A DNA stretch of 64,000 nt from Pseudomonadales bacterium (GCA_028223755.1 JAOIUY010000009.1:32288-96287), one strand, 5' to 3'. Counted from the first letter of the stretch, positions 31,974-43,061 are shown. The notes: generated by a model from the letters alone, not told the origin. Translations and numbers: made by a program.

Positions 31974-32599
31974 TATTTATGCTCACTGGCAAGCTGTTGA
32001 TATTGAGTATGAAGAGCGAGTACTTGTTGTTCTAGCTCTTGAAGTGTACCGGTATTTTCTATTTTATCATCAGCTAAATGAAGTTTAGCTTCGCGGGACA
32101 TTTGTGCAGCGATAATAGCGTTTACTTGCTGCTCGCTATTATTGTCACGAGTCATTGTCCGCTCGATTTGTAAGGATTTCGGTAGATCAATTAGTAATAA
32201 GCGGTGGGTTAAATCTTGTTGATTCGTTTCCATGAGCAGGGGGGATTCAAGGATTCTGTAGTTAGCTTCGTTATCGTTTTTTCGCTGATTTAACTGCTCA
32301 TTAATTTGTTGGTTGATCAATGGATGGGTCAGAGCTTCAAGCCATTGCTTCGCTGTGTGACTAGCATCAGTATCGGAAAAAACTTTCTTTCTTAATGCAG
32401 CTCTATCAAGACTGCCATCGTCGAGTAGGATTTCTGAGCCAAAGTGCTCTGCGATCCGTATAAGCGCTGGGGTACCAGGCTTCACAACTTCTCTAGCTAC
32501 GGTATCAGCATTGATTACCGTGACACCCAGATTGGCAAAAATTGCTGCCGTTGCTGATTTCCCGCTACCAATTCCACCTGTTAGACCTACCACAAACAT
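31973..32599 (-). CDS. coaE: Dephospho-CoA kinase
   Basis: The track ORF extends to 32662. The ATG at 32599 gives MFVVGLTGGIGSGKS (P-loop at the N-terminus, as usual). Confidence 0.92.
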   Translation of the reverse strand: MFVVGLTGGIGSGKSATAAIFANLGVTVINADTVAREVVKPGTPALIRIAEHFGSEILLDDGSLDRAALRKKVFSDTDASHTAKQWLEALTHPLINQQINEQLNQRKNDNEANYRILESPLLMETNQQDLTHRLLLIDLPKSLQIERTMTRDNNSEQQVNAIIAAQMSREAKLHLADDKIENTGTLQELEQQVLALHTQYQQLASEHK

Positions 32600-32845
32600 A
32601 CATATTCTCTTTGCGTTATTGTGTACTGGTTCATTGTATATGATGGCGGTAGCCGCTGCCAAAATACATTTATTTGATAGTGATCTAAACTGTGATTCAT
32701 TATCAGCAGGGGGCTTTTGACTGGACTTATGTCAAGTGCTGACTTGTATGTACTGAGTGATTCTATTACCCTCCGCACCCCAAAATGACACAGTCATATG
32801 TGTCAGCATAAAACGCTAAATGCTAATGCTATATAGTGAGTGGCG

Positions 32846-33244
32846 ATGCTGACCAATGAGTGTCCGAGTATGGATCGGCTATTAAAGGACTTTGCCATGT
32901 TTATTGATGAACAAACCCGTTTGCTACAAAAGCATCTTCTTGATGTGCTTTATGAGCAGACAGGTAACGACGGCGGTGAGCTTCACTGCGAAGAAGTCGC
33001 TCGTTATAGAAGTGACCCCTCCAGAGCAGAATTTTCTAATTTTTTTTATTGCCGAGAATTAAAGTTAAAATCTTGGTATCCCCGGTTAATGCAGCCCAGC
33101 CGTGAGCAAAAGTATGCTCTGTGGCAGGCTTTGCTTGAACGCTGTGAATATAGCGATGTGATTGAGCCGCAAGTTTGGGGCGCTGCCACTGATATTTATA
33201 CGCTAGTAAGTCATTTGCGAATGTCTGAACGAGACTCCAGTTAA
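32846..33244 (+). CDS. Hypothetical protein (no family recognised)
   Basis: Track ORF 32840..33244 (GTG). The first ATG is at 32846; other in-frame ATGs follow. Acidic, predicted soluble, several Cys. Followed by a terminator-like hairpin. Confidence 0.5.
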   Translation: MLTNECPSMDRLLKDFAMFIDEQTRLLQKHLLDVLYEQTGNDGGELHCEEVARYRSDPSRAEFSNFFYCRELKLKSWYPRLMQPSREQKYALWQALLERCEYSDVIEPQVWGAATDIYTLVSHLRMSERDSS

Positions 33245-33311
33245 GCGCTATTCTTGGCTATTTTCTTAAAGCGCACTCTCTCAAAGCGCACTCTCTTAAA
33301 GCCCATTCTCT
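33242..33311 (+). repeat. 15-bp tandem repeat, three good copies plus degenerate copies
   Basis: AAAGCGCACTCTCT at 33268-33281 and 33283-33296. AAAGCCCATTCTCT at 33298-33311. A degenerate copy, TAAGCGCTATTCTT, overlaps the stop codon of the preceding ORF. Confidence 0.8.
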
Positions 33312-33324
33312 GTTTACTTTATAG

Positions 33325-33358
33325 CCCGCCGCCATTTTATGGCGGGTGGTGGCTTTTG
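33325..33358 (+). terminator. Probable rho-independent terminator
   Basis: CCGCCAT-ttt-ATGGCGG core stem, extendable with bulges into CCCGCC/GGTGG, followed by GGCTTTTG. Confidence 0.5.
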
Positions 33359-33538
33359 TCGTTTAGGACTTTATCTTATTGAAAGCAAAAACATGTCCTA
33401 TTAAGGGAATAATGACAGTCGCTGCCTAGAAGTCTTGGCGATCATTCTGTCGCAGTTTAGACTGGTGCTATAAAGCATGGCTTTTGTTCCATTAGAGCGA
33501 ATATGCCAACCCTAATGATAATGTGACGGAGTGTTTGG

Positions 33539-34555
33539 ATGGATTTTATTGGTAGTCATATCCTGTCCATAGACCAGTTTGAGCGAGTAGATATCGATCG
33601 AATTTTCGATGTTGCTCGGATGATGGAGCCTTATGCTAAACGTCATCGTGTTACTAAGGTGCTCGATGGCGCAATTTTAGGCAATATGTTCTTCGAGCCA
33701 AGTACTCGAACGCGAGTCAGCTTTGGTTGTGCTTTTAATTTACTCGGTGGTGAGGTTAGAGAGACCACGGGTTTTGAAAACTCCGCACTCGCTAAAGGTG
33801 AGTCTTTGTACGATACCGCTAGAGTATTAAGCGGTTATAGCGATGTGATTGCCATGCGTCACCCCGCAGAGGGTTCGGTGAGAGAGTTTGCCTCAGCCAG
33901 TCGCGTTCCGGTTATCAACGGCGGTGATGGTGCTAATGAACATCCCACGCAGGCGCTGCTGGATCTTTACACTATTGAGAAAGAATTAATCGGTAAAGGC
34001 CGCGGTATTGATGGCTTACGTATCGGTATGATCGGTGACCTTAAACATGGTCGAACGGTTCACTCGCTAGCGAAGCTATTATCGCGCTATAACAATATTG
34101 AGTTGCATTTAGTGTCTCCAGCGGCATTGCAGATGCCTGAAGCATTAGTCGAAATTCTTCGTGAAGCTAATCATCGCGTGACTATTTCTGATGATCTTGA
34201 GTCGAGCATTGCCCATGTCGATATTGTTTATTCGACACGTATCCAAGAAGAGCGCTTTGGCACTAAAGAAGAAGCGGATTTATATCGTGGTAAATTTCGT
34301 TTAAATCAAAGTGTTTATACCCAGCACTGTGAACCTAACACAGTCATTATGCATCCATTACCTCGCGACTCCAGAGCCGAAGCTAACGAACTGGATAGTG
34401 ACCTAAATGAAAATCCCAATCTTGCGATTTTTCGCCAAACCGATAACGGCATTGTGCTGCGTATGTCTTTGTTTGCGTTAGTGCTGGATGTCGTCGATAA
34501 AGTTGATGACAGTGCGCAAGCGGTGCGCTGGTACACCGGCAGCCGGTTTCAGTAA
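33539..34555 (+). CDS. pyrB: Aspartate carbamoyltransferase catalytic chain
   Basis: 338 aa. Contains STRTR, KGESLYDT, HPTQ, GDLKHGRTVHS and HPLPR (the ATCase rather than OTCase pattern). SD ACGGAG upstream. Confidence 0.85.
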   Translation: MDFIGSHILSIDQFERVDIDRIFDVARMMEPYAKRHRVTKVLDGAILGNMFFEPSTRTRVSFGCAFNLLGGEVRETTGFENSALAKGESLYDTARVLSGYSDVIAMRHPAEGSVREFASASRVPVINGGDGANEHPTQALLDLYTIEKELIGKGRGIDGLRIGMIGDLKHGRTVHSLAKLLSRYNNIELHLVSPAALQMPEALVEILREANHRVTISDDLESSIAHVDIVYSTRIQEERFGTKEEADLYRGKFRLNQSVYTQHCEPNTVIMHPLPRDSRAEANELDSDLNENPNLAIFRQTDNGIVLRMSLFALVLDVVDKVDDSAQAVRWYTGSRFQ

Positions 34556-34599
34556 TTTAATGATGATGCTCGCGCGTTGTTTTCTACAGGTATTATCTT

Positions 34600-36288
34600 T
34601 TGGATAAGCCCTCCCGCTTAGACAAATCTTCGCCCAGCGATGAGGCTGTTGCGCCCCGTAGTTTATTAAACTCAAGTGCATTAGTCAGTGTGATGACCAT
34701 GTTGTCGCGCGTTATGGGCTTGGTTCGGGATATCGTGATTGCGCGCTTGATTGGCGCGGGTGGTTACGCCGACGCTTTCTTTGTCGCGTTTAAAATCCCA
34801 CAGTTTCTTAGACGTTTATTTGCTGAAGGCGCTTTTGCTCAAGCCTTTGTCCCGGTTTTATCTGAATATCGTCAGCGTTACGAAGCTGAAGGTAACGTTG
34901 CGGCAATTAAAAGTTTGATCAATGCCGTTTGCGGCGTGCTTGGCGGCACGTTGTTTATGTTAGTCAGTTTAGTGGTATTAGCTGCACCGGTAGTGACGGC
35001 GCTGTTTGCGCCAGGCTTTATTGATCATCCAGAAAAATTTGCTATGACACAGCAAATGTTGCGCATTACATTTCCCTATTTATTATTGATTTCATTAACC
35101 GGTTTCGCCGGTGCTATTCTCAACAGTTACGATCGCTTTGTGGTACCGGCATTTACTCCCGTACTACTTAATCTTTCGTTAATTGGTTTTGCTCTATTTG
35201 CCACGCCGTTATTTTCAGCGCCGGTTTATGCGTTGGCATGGGCCGTGTTATTTGCTGGCGTTCTACAGTGGTTGTTTCAATTGCCCTTTTTAGCGCAGAT
35301 TGATCGAATGCCGAAACCCAAATGGGACCTGCAACATGCGGGTGTTAAAAAAATCTTAATCCTAATGGTGCCGGCTATCTTTGGCGTATCGGTAAGTCAA
35401 ATTAATCTCTTATTGGACACAGTACTAGCGTCATTTTTGCCAACCGGAAGTGTATCTTGGTTATATTACTCGGATCGTTTGGCTGAGTTGCCATTAGGTG
35501 TGTTTGGTATCGCCATTGCCACGGTCATTCTACCTGGCTTATCTCGACTGCAATTACAGAATTTGTCCGATGATGGTGAGGGTTCTAACGAAAAGTTCGT
35601 GTCTCAATTTAAAGAGACCTTAAATTGGGCTTTGCGCTGTATAACAACCGTAGCGCTTCCGGCGACTGCCGCTTTGATTGTCTTAGCTGCACCGATTCTT
35701 TTTGCGTTGTTCCAGTACCAGGAGATGACCGCCGAAGATGTAGCAATGTCGACCTATAGTTTGCGTGCTTACGCCCTAGGTTTGATTGCCTTTATGGCTA
35801 TCAAAGTACTCGCTACCGGTTTTTACGCGCAGCAAGATATGAAAACGCCGGTTCGCATTGGGATTATCGCTATGGTCTCTAATATGGTTTTAAACCTGAT
35901 ATTAGTGCTGATATTGCATCATTACTGGCAGCTAGGTCATGTTGGGTTGGCATTAGCTACCTCGTTATCTGCAGTACTAAACGCTGGGTTATTGTTCCGT
36001 GGTTTATCAGCCAATCGACACCTGTGTGTGGTGAGTGAAGGCGGCAAGGCTAAGTTACTCAGCGCGGACTATTGGCGCTTATTACTGCAGGTCATATTTG
36101 CTGTGGCAGCGATGGTTGCCGTGCTTATCTGGCTTCAGCCAGAGCTTTCTTTTTGGGCTTCAGCTGACTGGCTGTCACGTTGTTATCGGCTGTCAGTGCT
36201 CTGTATTGCCGGTTTCGCCACCTATCTTATTGCCTTGTTGCTTTTGGGTGTTAAGGTTCAGCAGTTCAAAGCGCCCCAAGTCGCATAA
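34600..36288 (+). CDS. murJ: Lipid II flippase MurJ (MviN)
   Basis: 562 aa as drawn from TTG 34600. The start is uncertain: the conserved N-terminal segment SVMTMLSRVMGLVRD begins about 30 codons in and no ATG precedes it. Polytopic MOP-family membrane protein. Confidence 0.9.
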   Translation: MDKPSRLDKSSPSDEAVAPRSLLNSSALVSVMTMLSRVMGLVRDIVIARLIGAGGYADAFFVAFKIPQFLRRLFAEGAFAQAFVPVLSEYRQRYEAEGNVAAIKSLINAVCGVLGGTLFMLVSLVVLAAPVVTALFAPGFIDHPEKFAMTQQMLRITFPYLLLISLTGFAGAILNSYDRFVVPAFTPVLLNLSLIGFALFATPLFSAPVYALAWAVLFAGVLQWLFQLPFLAQIDRMPKPKWDLQHAGVKKILILMVPAIFGVSVSQINLLLDTVLASFLPTGSVSWLYYSDRLAELPLGVFGIAIATVILPGLSRLQLQNLSDDGEGSNEKFVSQFKETLNWALRCITTVALPATAALIVLAAPILFALFQYQEMTAEDVAMSTYSLRAYALGLIAFMAIKVLATGFYAQQDMKTPVRIGIIAMVSNMVLNLILVLILHHYWQLGHVGLALATSLSAVLNAGLLFRGLSANRHLCVVSEGGKAKLLSADYWRLLLQVIFAVAAMVAVLIWLQPELSFWASADWLSRCYRLSVLCIAGFATYLIALLLLGVKVQQFKAPQVA

Positions 36289-36403
36289 GAAAGCGCCATA
36301 AGCCGGTAGTTTTCCTACTCTAGAACCGCGATTTTCAGTATCGACTAAGTATATAATCTGTCGTTTATCCGATTTGTATCAGCGCCGTGGTGGTCTGCTG
36401 TCA

Positions 36404-37399
36404 ATGGCTTTGGAGTGTTCGGTGGAGCTGGTTCGAGGCATACATAATTTAAAAGATCGGCATGCGAGCGCTAACTCTGGCAAAGCGGGCACAGTGCTGA
36501 CGATTGGTGCCTTTGATGGTTTGCACTGCGGTCATCGATCGGTGCTTGATCATCTTCGTATGCGTGCCGATGAAGCGGGTTTGCCATCGGTTGTTGTTAC
36601 TTTAGAGCCGTTACCCAGAGAGTATTTTGCGCCATTGGATGCGCCGCCGCGATTGATGAACTTTCGAGAGAAATGCGAGGGTTTTGCTGAGCTAGGTATT
36701 GATCGTGTCATGGTGGTGCGCTTTGATGATCGCATGCGGAATATGGAAGCGGTAGATTTTATTGAGCAAGTGTTAGTGAAAGGACTTAATGCTAAACATA
36801 TTGTTGTCGGTGATGATTTACGTTTTGGTCGTGATGGCGCTGGTGATTTTGAGCTATTAGCGAGTTTGGCGCATAAACATGATTTTAGCGTTGAAGATAC
36901 AAGAACGTTAGAGTTAGAAGGGCATCGTATTTCAAGTTCGCGCATCCGCCAATTATTAGAAGCGGGTGATTTTACTGAGGCGGAAACCTTACTCGGTCGA
37001 CCTTATAGTATTTCGGGTAAAGTCGTTTACGGAAAACAGTTGGGTAGGGTATTGGATGTGCCAACGGCCAACGTTGAATTGCATCGATTACGTGCCGCTA
37101 TGTCGGGTGTTTACGCGGTTGAAGTGAATATCCAAAGTGATAGTTTTGATACTGTTCATTGTGCCGAACAGTGGTTGCCGGGAGTGGCTAATGTTGGTTG
37201 CCGTCCAACAGTTAATGAATCGATTAAAGCGATTCTTGAAGTTCACTTGCTAGATTTTGATGCTGATTTATATGGTCAGCGTATCAATGTCAGATTTCGC
37301 GAAAAAATTCGTGAAGAGCAGAAGTTTGAAACGTTAGATTTGCTAAAAACGCAGATTCATTGTGATGTTAACACCGCGAGAGATTATTTTTCTCGTTAG
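36404..37399 (+). CDS. ribF: Bifunctional riboflavin kinase / FMN adenylyltransferase
   Basis: Track ORF starts at TTG 36374; the ATG at 36404 ([16 protein letters not shown]) is preferred. Contains [10 protein letters not shown] and PTANV. Confidence 0.93.
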   Translation: MALECSVELVRGIHNLKDRHASANSGKAGTVLTIGAFDGLHCGHRSVLDHLRMRADEAGLPSVVVTLEPLPREYFAPLDAPPRLMNFREKCEGFAELGIDRVMVVRFDDRMRNMEAVDFIEQVLVKGLNAKHIVVGDDLRFGRDGAGDFELLASLAHKHDFSVEDTRTLELEGHRISSSRIRQLLEAGDFTEAETLLGRPYSISGKVVYGKQLGRVLDVPTANVELHRLRAAMSGVYAVEVNIQSDSFDTVHCAEQWLPGVANVGCRPTVNESIKAILEVHLLDFDADLYGQRINVRFREKIREEQKFETLDLLKTQIHCDVNTARDYFSR

Positions 37400-37430
37400 A
37401 TTTTTTAATAAAGGTTTGATCAATATTAAT

Positions 37431-40268
37431 ATGAGTGAAGACAAAAAAAATCAGTACAAGCAAACATTAAACTTGCCAAAAACGGCATTTGCAATGAAAG
37501 CTAACCTTGCCCAGCGTGAACCGCAGCGTTTAAAGGCCTGGGAAAAAGCCGATGTTTACGGGCAAATTCGCAAAAAGTTTGCTGGTCGTGAAACTTTTAT
37601 TTTGCATGATGGCCCTCCATACGCGAACGGCGACATTCATATTGGTCACTCAGTTAATAAGATTTTAAAAGATATTATTATTAAAGCGAAAACTCAGCAG
37701 GGTTTTGATGCACCCTATGTGCCGGGTTGGGACTGTCATGGTTTGCCAATTGAGCACAAGGTAGAAACCAAAGTAGGTAAGGCTGGCGTTAAGGTTGACC
37801 ATAAAACCTTTCGTCAAAAATGCCGTGACTACGCCACTCGACAAGTTGATGGTCAGCGCAAAGGTTTTGTCCGTTTAGGTGTTTTGGGTGATTGGCAAAA
37901 CCCATACCTCACTATGAATTTTAAAACCGAAGCCGATATTGTTAGATCGTTAGGAAAAATAATTGATAACGGTCATTTGGTTCGTGGCTTTAAACCGGTT
38001 TATTGGAGCGTGGTAGGTGGTTCAGCATTAGCCGAAGCCGAAGTTGAATACCAAGATAAAAATTCATTTTCTATTGATGTGTCTTTCGCGATAGCAGATC
38101 AGCAAGGTTTCGCCAATAGTATAGGTGGCCTTGAAGGTGAGGGCAAAGTTAGTGTTGTTATTTGGACGACTACGCCATGGACGTTACCGGCTAATCAGGC
38201 GGTCTCTGTGCATGCTGAGTTAGATTATGTGGTTGTTGAATGTGTAACTGACAAAGGCATTAAGCAGCGTTTAGTGCTGGCTGAAGCTTTATATGAATCA
38301 GCACTACAACGTTATGGTATTAATGATTTTAATATAGTGGCTCGTTTTAAAGGCGAAGCAATAGAAAATATTGCGCTATGCCATCCATTTTACGATAAAA
38401 CCGTTCCCGTTATTTTAGGTGACCACGTTACGACAGAAGCCGGTACCGGTTGTGTTCATACGGCACCCGATCACGGCGTAGACGATTTTGTTGTAGCAAA
38501 AAAATACGGTATCGAAACACTTAATCTTGTTGGTGATAACGGCGTTTATAACGAAAACACTGAGCGCTTTGCTGGTCAGCACGTTTATAAAGTCGATGAA
38601 CCTATCATTGAAGTATTAAAAGAGCAGCAGCGATTATTAGCTGTTGAGCAAATTCGTCATAGCTACCCGCATTGCTGGCGAACCAAAACGCCGCTTATTT
38701 ACCGTGCCACGCCGCAGTGGTTTATTGGTATGGAGCAGCAAGGCTTATTGAATTCAGTTAAGTCTGCCGTTGAAGGTGTGCAGTGGGTGCCTGATTGGGG
38801 GCGCGCGCGTATCGATGGCATGTTAGCCAGCAGTCCTGATTGGTGTATTTCACGTCAGCGTACATGGGGCGTACCGATTACTTTATTCGTTCATAAAGTC
38901 ACGCAAGAATTACATCCTAACACTGTTGCCTTAATTGAGCAGGTTGCGCAGCGCATTGAAAGCGATGGCATTGATGTATGGTTTGATCTTGATGCCACTG
39001 AGTTACTCGGTGATGAAGCTGGCGACTATAGTAAAGTAACGGATACGCTTGATGTATGGTTTGATTCTGGTGTTACCCATTACTCAGTATTAAAAAATAC
39101 CCCAGGTTTAAGTTACCCAGCGGATTTATATCTCGAAGGTTCCGATCAGCATCGTGGTTGGTTTCAGTCATCATTAAAAACATCGATTGCGATGAACGGT
39201 ACTGCGCCTTATAAAGCCGTATTAACGCATGGCTTTGTCGTTGATGCTGATGGTAAAAAAATGTCGAAGTCGCAGGGTAATATTGTGGCGCCACAAGAAG
39301 TCATGAATGAGCTAGGTGCTGATGTGCTTAGGTTATGGGTGGCGGCAACTGACTTTAGTGGTGAGATGAGTGTTTCTAACGAGATTTTAAAGCGGGTTTC
39401 TGACTCCTATCGTCGTATTCGTAACACCGCACGTTTTCTGCTTTCTAATTTAGAAGGCTTTGATCCAGCGACTGATCTATTACCGAACGATAAATTATTA
39501 TTACTTGATCGCTGGGCGATTACTCGTGCGGCGGAACTGCAAGAAGAAATTCTAGCGGCGTATAACGATTATCAATTGCATGCCATTTATCAAAAACTGC
39601 ATAACTTTTGCGTTGTTGATTTGGGAGGTATCTACCTTGATATTATTAAAGATCGTCAGTACACCACGCAGGCCGATAGTGTGGCTAGACGTTCGGCGCA
39701 AACGGCGATGTACCATATTATTGAAGCCTTTACGCGTTGGATTGCACCGATATTAAGTTTTACTGCCGATGAATTGAACGAGCATATTCCTGGTGAGCGC
39801 AGTTCAAACATCTTTATTGAAGAAACTTATACGGGCTTAGCGCATTTACTCGATGAATCACAAGGCGAAGGTGCTTTGATGCAAACCTTGTGTGATGTTA
39901 AAGTTGCTGTTAACAAGGCAATAGAAGGTGAGCGAGCCAATGGCACTATTGGTGCATCACTTGAGGCCGAAGTAGTTATTTATGCTGAGCCATCATTGGT
40001 AGCACAGCTAACAGCCATTGAAGATGAATTACGATTCGTTTTAATTGCCTCTGCTGTAACAGTTATCAGTGACCAAGCTGCGCCAGAAAATGCTTTGGCT
40101 ACCGATATAGATGCTATGAAGTTAGTGATTAATAAAAGCGAGCATAAAAAATGCGCGCGCTGCTGGCATTATCGTCCAGAGGTTGGCACCTTAGCTGCAC
40201 ACCCTGAACTTTGTCAGCGTTGTGTCGATAATGTTGATGGTGCTGGTGAAATAAGGTTATACGCTTAA
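37431..40268 (+). CDS. ileS: Isoleucine--tRNA ligase
   Basis: Track ORF starts at 37362 inside ribF. The ATG at 37431 gives [22 protein letters not shown] (DIHIGHS) and KMSKS motifs present, plus C-terminal zinc cysteines CARCWHY...CQRC. Confidence 0.98.
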   Translation: MSEDKKNQYKQTLNLPKTAFAMKANLAQREPQRLKAWEKADVYGQIRKKFAGRETFILHDGPPYANGDIHIGHSVNKILKDIIIKAKTQQGFDAPYVPGWDCHGLPIEHKVETKVGKAGVKVDHKTFRQKCRDYATRQVDGQRKGFVRLGVLGDWQNPYLTMNFKTEADIVRSLGKIIDNGHLVRGFKPVYWSVVGGSALAEAEVEYQDKNSFSIDVSFAIADQQGFANSIGGLEGEGKVSVVIWTTTPWTLPANQAVSVHAELDYVVVECVTDKGIKQRLVLAEALYESALQRYGINDFNIVARFKGEAIENIALCHPFYDKTVPVILGDHVTTEAGTGCVHTAPDHGVDDFVVAKKYGIETLNLVGDNGVYNENTERFAGQHVYKVDEPIIEVLKEQQRLLAVEQIRHSYPHCWRTKTPLIYRATPQWFIGMEQQGLLNSVKSAVEGVQWVPDWGRARIDGMLASSPDWCISRQRTWGVPITLFVHKVTQELHPNTVALIEQVAQRIESDGIDVWFDLDATELLGDEAGDYSKVTDTLDVWFDSGVTHYSVLKNTPGLSYPADLYLEGSDQHRGWFQSSLKTSIAMNGTAPYKAVLTHGFVVDADGKKMSKSQGNIVAPQEVMNELGADVLRLWVAATDFSGEMSVSNEILKRVSDSYRRIRNTARFLLSNLEGFDPATDLLPNDKLLLLDRWAITRAAELQEEILAAYNDYQLHAIYQKLHNFCVVDLGGIYLDIIKDRQYTTQADSVARRSAQTAMYHIIEAFTRWIAPILSFTADELNEHIPGERSSNIFIEETYTGLAHLLDESQGEGALMQTLCDVKVAVNKAIEGERANGTIGASLEAEVVIYAEPSLVAQLTAIEDELRFVLIASAVTVISDQAAPENALATDIDAMKLVINKSEHKKCARCWHYRPEVGTLAAHPELCQRCVDNVDGAGEIRLYA

Positions 40269-40774
40269 TGATGGGTTTAACTAACAGTTCAATACGTTGG
40301 TCGTGGTATGCCTTGGCGATAGTGATTATTGTGTTCGATCAGTTAACTAAATATTGGGTGCAGCTTAGTTTTTTTGAAGGCGAACGAGTTAACCTATTAC
40401 CGATTTTAGATTTTACTTTGGTTTATAATAAAGGCGCTGCTTGGAGCTTTTTAAGTGATGCTGGCGGTTGGCAGCGTTGGCTCTTTACCGCGATTTCTTC
40501 TGTGGTGAGTATTGTTTTAGTTATTTGGATTCATCGACTAGTAGCGATACAAAAAATATTATTAATCGCACTTACATTGATTCTTGCCGGTGCCGTTGGA
40601 AACTTAATCGATAGAATTATATTGGGCAAGGTCGTTGACTTTGTTTTGTTTTATTACGATGGCCATTATTTTCCTGCATTTAATGTTGCCGATTGTGCGA
40701 TAACGCTGGGTGCAATAATGATGTTGATCGATGTTTTTTGGGGGCCGTCAGAGGCTGATTTAAATAATGAATAA
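40268..40774 (+). CDS. lspA: Lipoprotein signal peptidase II
   Basis: 168 aa, four TM helices. Contains YNKGAAWSF and FNVADCAITLG. Start overlaps the ileS stop. Confidence 0.95.
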   Translation: MMGLTNSSIRWSWYALAIVIIVFDQLTKYWVQLSFFEGERVNLLPILDFTLVYNKGAAWSFLSDAGGWQRWLFTAISSVVSIVLVIWIHRLVAIQKILLIALTLILAGAVGNLIDRIILGKVVDFVLFYYDGHYFPAFNVADCAITLGAIMMLIDVFWGPSEADLNNE

Positions 40775-41297
40775 TACATCTAACGGTGAACCGGTGATTG
40801 GTGAAAATAGCTTAGTGAAACTGCACTTTGCGTTAAAGTTAGTGACTGGCGAAGTCATTGATTCTAATTTTGATCGTGCGCCTGTGAGCTTTACGATTGG
40901 TGATGGCAATTTATTAGAGGGCTTTGAGAAGTCTTTATTAGGTATGGTTGCAGGTCAGCAAAATAGCTGTGTAATCAATGCAGAATTCGCCTTTGGCGTA
41001 TCTAACTCAGATAATATACAGCGTTTTCGACGCCACGAAATTGAATCGATGTTACCTCAAGGCGACACTGTGCTTGAGCCCGGTTTGGTATTGAGTTTTG
41101 CTGATGCTGCTAATGGTGAGTTAGCCGGTGTCGTTGATTCAGTTGAAGATGAAGCCGTACTGGTTAATTTTAATCATCCATTATCAGGCAAAGATATTGT
41201 TTTTGATGTTCATATTCTTGAGGTGTCGAATGTGGTAACTGATAGAGTAGGTGAGGACGCTAAAGTAGTTGGGGTAGCCGGAGTAAAAAATTCGTGA
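40767..41297 (+). CDS. fkpB: FKBP-type peptidyl-prolyl isomerase (SlpA/FkpB type)
   Basis: 176 aa. FKBP core with an inserted flap ([18 protein letters not shown]...[20 protein letters not shown]). Position between lspA and ispH. Confidence 0.88.
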   Translation: MNNTSNGEPVIGENSLVKLHFALKLVTGEVIDSNFDRAPVSFTIGDGNLLEGFEKSLLGMVAGQQNSCVINAEFAFGVSNSDNIQRFRRHEIESMLPQGDTVLEPGLVLSFADAANGELAGVVDSVEDEAVLVNFNHPLSGKDIVFDVHILEVSNVVTDRVGEDAKVVGVAGVKNS

Positions 41298-42265
41298 ATG
41301 ATTCCCTTATTGCCTCATCAGCGAGTTTATCGCTCGCTAACCCGCGGGGTTTTTGTGCGGGTGTAGATCGTGCAATTGATATTGTTAACCGTGCATTAGA
41401 AGTTTTTGGCGCGCCGATCTATGTGCGTCACGAAGTGGTACATAATAAGTTTGTGGTTGAAGATTTGCGTGCGCGTGGTGCCATTTTTGTCGATGAGCTT
41501 TCGGAAGTGCCAGATGATGTGATTGTTATTTTTAGTGCTCACGGTGTTTCGCAAGCGGTTAGACAAGAAGCTGAGCAGCGCAGCTTAAAAGTATTTGATG
41601 CTACTTGTCCGCTAGTGACTAAGGTGCATATGGAAGTGGTCCGCCACAGTCGTGAAGGTCAGGAATGCATTCTGATTGGTCACCATGGTCATCCAGAGGT
41701 TGAGGGAACCATGGGACAGTACGACACACAAAACGGCGGTGCTATTTATTTGGTTGAAACCGAAGACGATGTTGCCAAACTGCTTGTCCGCAATACTGAA
41801 GCCTTGTTTTATGTGACACAGACCACGCTTTCAATGGACGACACTGCGCGAGTTATTGACGCTTTGCGTAAACGTTTTCCTGCTGTTGAAGGTCCTAAGA
41901 AAGATGATATTTGTTATGCCACACAAAATCGTCAAGATGCTGTACGAGCACTGGCTGCCGACTGTGACTTATTGTTAGTGGTTGGCTCGCCAAATAGTTC
42001 TAACTCAAATCGCTTGCGTGAATTGGCCGAGCGCATTGGTACCGAAGCCTATCTCATTGATAGTGAAGACGATATTCAGTCGGAATGGCTAAAAGGTAAA
42101 TCGGCAGTAGGTATTACCGCAGGTGCTTCTGCACCCGAAGTGCTAGTGCAAAAAGTGGTAAGTTACTTGCAATCCCAAGGTGCTCAGTTACCACAAGAGC
42201 AAGTGGGCACACCTGAAAACATCACCTTTTCTATGCCCAAAGAGCTTCGCGTCTCGTTTGATTAG
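41294..42265 (+). CDS. ispH: 4-hydroxy-3-methylbut-2-enyl diphosphate reductase
   Basis: 323 aa, GTG start. Contains [20 protein letters not shown] and SSNSNRL. Confidence 0.96.
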   Translation: MNDSLIASSASLSLANPRGFCAGVDRAIDIVNRALEVFGAPIYVRHEVVHNKFVVEDLRARGAIFVDELSEVPDDVIVIFSAHGVSQAVRQEAEQRSLKVFDATCPLVTKVHMEVVRHSREGQECILIGHHGHPEVEGTMGQYDTQNGGAIYLVETEDDVAKLLVRNTEALFYVTQTTLSMDDTARVIDALRKRFPAVEGPKKDDICYATQNRQDAVRALAADCDLLLVVGSPNSSNSNRLRELAERIGTEAYLIDSEDDIQSEWLKGKSAVGITAGASAPEVLVQKVVSYLQSQGAQLPQEQVGTPENITFSMPKELRVSFD

Positions 42266-42284
42266 CTTCGCGTCTCGCTTAATC
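42243..42284 (+). repeat. 21-bp tandem duplication straddling the ispH stop codon
   Basis: AGCTTCGCGTCTCGTTTGATT (42243-42263) is followed by AGCTTCGCGTCTCGCTTAATC (42264-42284). The TAG stop lies at the junction. Confidence 0.85.
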
Positions 42285-42518
42285 AAAAAAGGCTGAAAAA
42301 GACGATTAAATAGCGTTTTTGCTTTGTTCGTCGCATTTCTTTAAATCCATTTTACGTTTATCAGTAGAAGTCTACCGTTAGCGCGTCCAGTGCTGGCGCA
42401 AGCCCCTCTTTTGCCCAACAATAAATTCTAACTTATAGGTTATGGGAACTTGGCTTTGCTGGTTCCTGTCTCACTGTTTCATTAACCAATAATTCCTATG
42501 ATTTGAGTCGTATTTTTT

Positions 42519-43061
42519 ATGTCGCGATTGCACATAAACCAACAACAATTCGGTATGACATTACTAGAACTAATGGTGGTGGTAGCAATTGCCGGCATTT
42601 TAGCGGTAGTGGCGATTCCGAGTTTTCAAACAGCAATAAAAAACAACACCGTTGCTTCTTATCGAGATGCTTTTGCTTCAGCTATAAAAATGGCTCGCAG
42701 CGAGGCGATTAACACCCAATCCTTTGTCACGATTTGTCCCAGTAATAATCAGGCCGGTTGCAGTGGTAATTGGGCTAACGGTTGGATTGTGTTTGCTGAT
42801 GCTGATGCATCGGGTACGCGTGATATTGCCAATGAGCGGTTAATTGATGTGGGCAGTGGTAATACCAATGTCCGTTTTAGCAATGGCTTGGCACGAACAG
42901 TCATTACCTTTGCAGCAACTGGGCTTAATACCGGCAATGCAGAAACCTTAAGTGTTTGCGATAGCTTAATTGGATCGGGTATTGATGGGCGCTCAATTAT
43001 TCTTACTGCAACGGGTTCATTAACTTATTCGTCTGACCAGTTAGTAGCCGGTTGTACATAA
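42519..43061 (+). CDS. fimU: Type IV pilus minor pilin, FimU/GspH family
   Basis: 180 aa. Prepilin-type N-terminus QQQFG|MTLLELMVVVAIAGILAVVAIPSF. Body has the GspH-like pattern ICP...GWIVFAD. Confidence 0.85.
   Translation: MSRLHINQQQFGMTLLELMVVVAIAGILAVVAIPSFQTAIKNNTVASYRDAFASAIKMARSEAINTQSFVTICPSNNQAGCSGNWANGWIVFADADASGTRDIANERLIDVGSGNTNVRFSNGLARTVITFAATGLNTGNAETLSVCDSLIGSGIDGRSIILTATGSLTYSSDQLVAGCT

Noticed and set aside
33470-33538. Possible pyrL-type leader peptide or attenuator before pyrB (12-codon ORF MAFVPLERICQP)
   Set aside because: No terminator hairpin with a U-tract follows. There is no U-rich pause region and no similarity to known pyrBI leaders.
42443-42460. Sigma54-like GG...GC element (TGGGAACTTGGCTTTGCT) upstream of fimU
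   Set aside because: The GG-to-GC spacing is off by one relative to TGGCAC-N5-TTGC in every register I tried. The flanking consensus bases are also poor.
42503-42712. 69-aa ORF overlapping the fimU start in another frame
   Set aside because: The fimU frame has a canonical prepilin N-terminus and a full-length family match. The alternative frame has none.
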